Shown: piece after piece, positions 59,579 through 64,000 of the stretch | Layout: each line of letters opens with the position of its first letter | Numbering within the stretch: the first letter of the stretch is position 1 | Source of the DNA: an uncultured Planctomycetota bacterium | GTDB lineage: Bacteria; Planctomycetota; Planctomycetia; Gemmatales; Gemmataceae | Direction: 5' to 3' | NCBI GenBank assembly: GCA_963849325.1 | Contig: CAWKHF010000010.1 | Location: 352,001-416,000, forward strand | DNA length: 64,000 nucleotides | The notes under the pieces: generated by a model | Seen by the model: the letters and a program-made list of their open reading frames with translations, nothing else | What the model was told of the DNA's origin: nothing | Databases searched by the model: none | Made by a program: the position numbers and the translations under genes

Positions 59579-60244
59579 ATGTACAGTATGGTCTTGATGG
59601 CGGCCTTGACGACGGGCACGGACATGCCGGATTGGGGCCGTCGTGGTTGGGGCTGCTGTGGCTGCTACGGCGGCTATGCCTGGGGCGGTTATGGACGAGG
59701 TTGGGGAGGTGGTTACGGCTGGGGTGGTTGGGGCGGCGGATATGGCGGCTGGGGCGGTTGGGGCGGCTGGGGCGGAGGCTGGGGCGGCTGGGGATACGTC
59801 GCGGCCCCCATGATCCCCAGCTATGCCGCTCCCGTGCTTATCGCCAGCGCACCGCTGACGGAGTCCGCCCTCACTCGTTCGATGTACTACGACCCCGGTT
59901 CGACCGCCCGCGCCAATCGTGCGACCATCATCGTCCATCTGCCGGCGAAGGCCAAGCTGATCGTCGATGGCAAACCCACCACTTCCACTTCCACCACGCG
60001 CCGCTTCGTGTCGCCGCCGTTGGAGAAGGGCCACAGCTACCACTACGTCTTCAAGGCGGAAATGGACCGCGAGGGCCAGACGGTGGCGACGACGAAAAGA
60101 GTGGACGTGACCGCTGGAAATACGGAGGAAATCTATCTGAAACTGCCCGCTCTCAACGAATCGTCGGAACGTTCGCACGCGCCGACCAAGCCCGCCGAGA
60201 GGAGAGGGGTGCCGGCTCGAACCGACGTGCTCGACCAGCCATGA
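59579..60244 (+). CDS. TIGR03000-domain planctomycete protein with Gly/Trp-rich repeats
   Basis: MYSMVLMAAL; (GWGG)n; ATIIVHLPAKAKLIVDG..TRRFVSPPL..YHY. Confidence 0.88.
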   Translation: MYSMVLMAALTTGTDMPDWGRRGWGCCGCYGGYAWGGYGRGWGGGYGWGGWGGGYGGWGGWGGWGGGWGGWGYVAAPMIPSYAAPVLIASAPLTESALTRSMYYDPGSTARANRATIIVHLPAKAKLIVDGKPTTSTSTTRRFVSPPLEKGHSYHYVFKAEMDREGQTVATTKRVDVTAGNTEEIYLKLPALNESSERSHAPTKPAERRGVPARTDVLDQP

Positions 60245-60252
60245 CAAAAAGA

Positions 60253-60307
60253 AGTTCTGAGTTCTGAGTTCTGAGTACCATTCCCTCAGAACTCAGAACT
60301 CAGAACT
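60253..60307. repeat. Inverted 7-bp tandem repeat (AGTTCTG)3...(CAGAACT)3
   Basis: Directly visible after the stop codon. Confidence 0.88.
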
Positions 60308-60398
60308 AATTCGGGGCGGGGAAGACGCATTGTGGGTCCGCGACGGCCCGCCTATAATCGGGGGGTGTTGATTCGCGGGACAGGCTGGGCGACCAGTC

Positions 60399-60948
60399 AT
60401 GGGCGTTGATTTTCTCCGACCGGCAGTAGGCGATCTCGTCTTTCAGCTCTATGGGCGGCCCCTGCACCCCGAGCTGTTCGACATCCTCGCCGTGCGCCAA
60501 ATCCGCCGCGAGGATTACGAGTTGACCGTCCGCATCACGCGGCACGGGTCACGTAATCTCCTGGGAGAACGCCGACGTTCATCTAACCGAAGTGACGGCC
60601 GCCGCCGAGCAGGAGTTGCCGGAACGCCGTCGCCTTTTGCACTACAAATTGCGCAGCGAGCACACCGGCCGGCTGTCGTGCGCTCACGGCATTCATTACG
60701 AGATGAGCTTCCAGGTCGAGGTGCTGGATCCGGAGATTTTTCTGCACGTCCACGACGAGATCCTCGCCGACGGCAACAAGCGCGGTCTGCTGCACAATTT
60801 CCCATCGCACAATCGGCTGTCCGTGGCCCCGCTCGGCTTCCTCACGGCCGAGGCCGGGCCGGGCCGGCTGTTCCTCTCCTCCTTCCACACCTTCCCCGGC
60901 GAGCACACGGTCGTCAAAACGCAGTCGCTGATCGAGAAAAAGGTGTAA
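60399..60948 (+). CDS. DUF2617-like protein; frameshift ~60540
   Basis: YGRPLHPELF..FHTFPGEHTVVKTQSLIE. Confidence 0.75.
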
Positions 60949-60949
60949 C

Positions 60950-61012
60950 CCTGTCCGAGCCTGAAGCGTAAGCGAAGAGCATCTCTTCGCTTACGCTTCA
61001 GGCTCGGACAGG
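60950..61012. repeat. Perfect REP-like palindrome, family A
   Basis: 30-bp perfect arms CCTGTCCGAGCCTGAAGCGTAAGCGAAGAG around a CAT loop. Confidence 0.9.
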
Positions 61013-61030
61013 AACTCGTTTGTTCGGATA

Positions 61031-61609
61031 CTAGTCGGTGAAGAAGCGGTAGGCGACGAACCCGGCCCCGCCGCAGCCGAGCAGGCCCACGACCAAGATG
61101 CCGGCCAGGCCAACCCAGAAGAGGGTCTTGCCCGATTGCTTCTTTGCCGGCCGGGCCGGTCCTGCCGCTGGGGCGGCCATCAACTCCTCCTCCGCCGACA
61201 CGTCCGGCGGATTGCCCTCCAGCCAGACGAACGGCTCCAGCGGCCCGATGGACGCGGGAGGAGCCTCGGTCCTCGCTTCGCCCCCTTCGCTTTCGGCGGA
61301 GAGGGAGGCGGGCGGCGACTCCGCCGGCGGGATGGCCTCTTCCAGGTGAAGCGAAGCCACGTCCGAAAAGAGGAGGTCCACCACAGCCGCGTTCTCCCCG
61401 GACTCTTCGGCCGCCGATGCCGTCGGCGCGTCGATGTCCTCCGGCACGGCTGCGGGCCTGTCCCCCACCGGCGAGGCGGGCGAGGGACTCGACTCGATTC
61501 GTCCGACAAAGCGAGCGCCGCAGACGGGACACTGGACTTTTTTGCCCAGCGCCTCGTCCGCCACCTTCAACTTCTGCTGACACTCGGGACACTTGAGGCG
61601 AATCGTCAT
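61031..61609 (-). CDS. Zinc-ribbon protein with acidic linker and C-terminal TM
   Basis: CPECQQKLKV..GKKVQCPVC; hydrophobic C-terminus. Confidence 0.8.
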   Translation of the reverse strand: MTIRLKCPECQQKLKVADEALGKKVQCPVCGARFVGRIESSPSPASPVGDRPAAVPEDIDAPTASAAEESGENAAVVDLLFSDVASLHLEEAIPPAESPPASLSAESEGGEARTEAPPASIGPLEPFVWLEGNPPDVSAEEELMAAPAAGPARPAKKQSGKTLFWVGLAGILVVGLLGCGGAGFVAYRFFTD

Positions 61610-61873
61610 GGCCACTCCGCCTGCCGCACGTCCGGGTACGAGCCGCCCCCGCCGTGAAGACGATGAACCATTCTAACAAAGAATTCGTTCGCCGTTTCAC
61701 CGCGCTCCCCTCTGGATCGCGGCGAAACCGAAAAGGATGTCTCTTCCATTCAGCCGTCGGTGGGAAATGTGTACTAGAGTTGTGAGAGAACAGTCCGAGA
61801 GGCGACTCTCGCGGGCGAGGACGCGGCGTCGGGTCGGTCTCTGCCCGGGGGCAGGAGGAAGGGCGCATCCTTC

Positions 61874-62803
61874 ATGAATTCGCGGCTCAAGGAAAGACTC
61901 TGTGCCCTGTACAAGTATTCGGGCGTCCTGTCCGCCCACGAGACCCTGCGGCGCTGGGCCGGCCATTCGTTTCTCACTGTGCTGGTCTTCCACCGCGTCA
62001 CCGACGACATCCCCGAGGACGGCCTGACGATCGGCCGCGAGCGCTTCCGCGACCTGTGCCGCGTGTTGGCCAACCGCTTTCGCGTGGTCCCGCTCGCCGA
62101 CATCTATCGCCTGGTCCGAGGCGACACGCCGCTGCCGCCGCGCACACTGGCCCTCACCTTCGATGACTGCTATCGCGACAACCTGGCGGCGGCGCGAGTG
62201 CTCGCCGAGCACGGCTTGCCCGCCACCTTTTTCGTGCCCACCGGCTACGTCGGCACCGATCACGTCTTCGCCTGGGACCGTGGGTTGCCGCGCCTGCCCA
62301 ACCTGACCTGGGACGATGTTGGGCAGATGCGCCGGCTCGGCTTCGAGATCGGCTCGCACACCGTTACGCATCCGGACCTGGGCACGGTTTCCGGCGAGCA
62401 GGCCATCCGCGAGTTCCTCGAATCGAAGGCCGTCCTGGAGGATCGACTGGGTGAGAGGGTGCGCTGGCTGGCCTACCCGTTCGGCGGGGTCAACAACTTC
62501 CGCGCCGACTGGCTGCCGCTGCTGAAGGGAGCCGGCTACGAAGGCTGCGTGTCGGCCTACGGCGGTCTCATCTATCGCGGCATGGAGAGCGACGTCCTGC
62601 CGCGCGAGCCGGTGCCGGGTTTCCGCAGCAACCTGCACCTGGAAGTCCACCTGGCCGGCGGCCTCGCCTGGTATCACGCTCTCAAGCGGCGCCTGGGTCT
62701 GAGCGAGGGCCGCCAGGTGTCGTGGGAGCAAGCAGCGCTCCCCGCGGACGGAAGCAAGAGGGAAGTCCGCGATCCCGCGCTGATCGAAAAAGGAGATTCG
62801 TGA
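61874..62803 (+). CDS. Polysaccharide deacetylase (CE4/NodB)
   Basis: LVFHRV, LTFDDCY, ATFFV, GSHTVTHP, LAYPFG. Confidence 0.92.
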   Translation: MNSRLKERLCALYKYSGVLSAHETLRRWAGHSFLTVLVFHRVTDDIPEDGLTIGRERFRDLCRVLANRFRVVPLADIYRLVRGDTPLPPRTLALTFDDCYRDNLAAARVLAEHGLPATFFVPTGYVGTDHVFAWDRGLPRLPNLTWDDVGQMRRLGFEIGSHTVTHPDLGTVSGEQAIREFLESKAVLEDRLGERVRWLAYPFGGVNNFRADWLPLLKGAGYEGCVSAYGGLIYRGMESDVLPREPVPGFRSNLHLEVHLAGGLAWYHALKRRLGLSEGRQVSWEQAALPADGSKREVRDPALIEKGDS

Positions 62804-62804
62804 C

Positions 62805-62853
62805 GCCGCTTGCGGCTTGGCGGAGCAGCGTCTCACGTTAAGCCGCGAGCGGC
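62805..62853. repeat. REP-like palindrome GCCGCTTGCGGCTT (half copy at ~27003)
   Basis: GCCGCTTGCGGCTT...AAGCCGCGAGCGGC. Confidence 0.7.
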
Positions 62854-62878
62854 TCGAGCAATCGATTCCGAGACGAGC

Positions 62879-64000
62879 ATGTACCACGAGTCCGAGACTG
62901 CCCTGGTGGATCCGGTAGGGACCATCGCCCCTGCCTTGACCGTGCGCGTTCTGGACGACGCCGCGGAGTTGGCCCGTTATGCCGCCGCCTGGCAAGACCT
63001 GGCCGACAACTCCGCCGAGGCCAACGTGTTTTACGAGCCGTGGATGCTGCTGCCGGCGCTGGAGGCGTTCGCCTCCGGCGAGCAACTCCTTTTTGTCCTC
63101 GTGCTGGACGGTGATCCTCACGGCCCACCGGAGGAGGCTCGGTTGTGCGGCTTCTTCCCCTTGCAGCGCCGTCGCCTGCATCGCCGCTTGCCGCTTCACG
63201 TCCTGGGTCTGTGGCAATATCTCCACTGCTACCTGTGTACGCCGCTCGTCCGGGCCGACTGCGTCCGCGCCACCCTGGATGCGTTGTTCGACTGGCTGAG
63301 GTCCGACCCGCGCGGCGCTGCCCTGATGGAGTTCAACCAACTCACCGCGGCCGGACCTTGCAGTACGGCCCTGCTGGCCTGTTCTCGCGAACGCGAGAAC
63401 CCCACCGTCGTCACCGATTCGTGGGAACGCGCCCTGTTCGAGCCGCGCGGCGACGGCGACACCTATATTCGCTCGGTATTATCCGGAAAAAAACGCCGCT
63501 CCGTCGAACGACGTGCGCGACGCCTTGCGGAGACGGAGTCCATCGCATACGAAGCGTTGACCGCCAGCGGCGACGTGGTCGAATGGGCCGACGAGTTTCT
63601 GCGCCTGGAGGCGGCCGGCTGGAAGGGGAAGGACGGCACGGCCCTGGCCTGCGACCCAGCCAACCGCCGTTTCTTCCACGCCATCCTCGGCGGCGCCTTC
63701 GCGCGCGGCCGGCTGCTGCTGTGTACCCTGCGCGCCGCCGGTCGGCCCATCGCCTTCCGCTGCAGCTTCCTGGCCGGCGAAGGCGCCTTCGCCTTCAAGA
63801 TGACCTACGACGAACAGTACGGCGGCCACTCGCCCGGCACGTTGCTGGAGTTGGACCACGTTCGCCGTCTGCACGCCCTGCCGGAGCTGCGCTGGATGGA
63901 TTCCTGCACCGGCACCGACAATTCGATGATGAACGACCTGTGGCCGGGCCGGCGGGCCATTCACACGGTCCTCGCCGCCAGCGGCCGCGGAGTCGGCCGT
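62879..64000 (+). CDS. CelD/BcsL-like GNAT acetyltransferase (partial, not in the ORF track)
   Basis: Manual translation MYHESE..AWQDLA..NVFYEPWMLLPA..FLRLEAAGWKG..FKMTYDE..SPGTLL; open to the window end. Confidence 0.85.
   Translation, partial: MYHESETALVDPVGTIAPALTVRVLDDAAELARYAAAWQDLADNSAEANVFYEPWMLLPALEAFASGEQLLFVLVLDGDPHGPPEEARLCGFFPLQRRRLHRRLPLHVLGLWQYLHCYLCTPLVRADCVRATLDALFDWLRSDPRGAALMEFNQLTAAGPCSTALLACSRERENPTVVTDSWERALFEPRGDGDTYIRSVLSGKKRRSVERRARRLAETESIAYEALTASGDVVEWADEFLRLEAAGWKGKDGTALACDPANRRFFHAILGGAFARGRLLLCTLRAAGRPIAFRCSFLAGEGAFAFKMTYDEQYGGHSPGTLLELDHVRRLHALPELRWMDSCTGTDNSMMNDLWPGRRAIHTVLAASGRGVGR

Overview
GC-rich bacterial chromosomal DNA, very likely from a Planctomycete (Gemmataceae-like). 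The hallmarks are a TIGR03000-type protein, a DUF1501 fragment, an LExLEDRxLPS-type export motif, an ECF sigma/Ser-Thr kinase pair and dense palindromic intergenic repeats. Many conserved genes are split by single-base indels, which looks like unpolished long-read assembly, so genes were reconstructed across frames by eye. Core content includes zwf-opcA, LysR-gltB-gltD, Fur and DtxR regulators, a GH57 branching enzyme, lgt, an M24 peptidase and several exported proteins. Accessory content includes an IS5 element, a Uma2 nuclease, a HEPN gene, an IS630 relic and a deletion junction. The best novel-system candidate is a closely spaced, partly overlapping four-gene cassette between gltB and gltD (20165-21743). 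It encodes a mini ParB/Srx-fold protein, a CX5R protein phosphatase, a hidden ~45-aa basic peptide and an AbiEii/MenT-like nucleotidyltransferase, and is proposed as a phosphorylation-switched toxin-antitoxin/defence module. Other candidates are an ECF-kinase-CsgG-like module and a riboswitch-like RNA at 26868-27000. No rRNA, tRNA or CRISPR array was seen. All family calls come from motif recognition, not from database searches.
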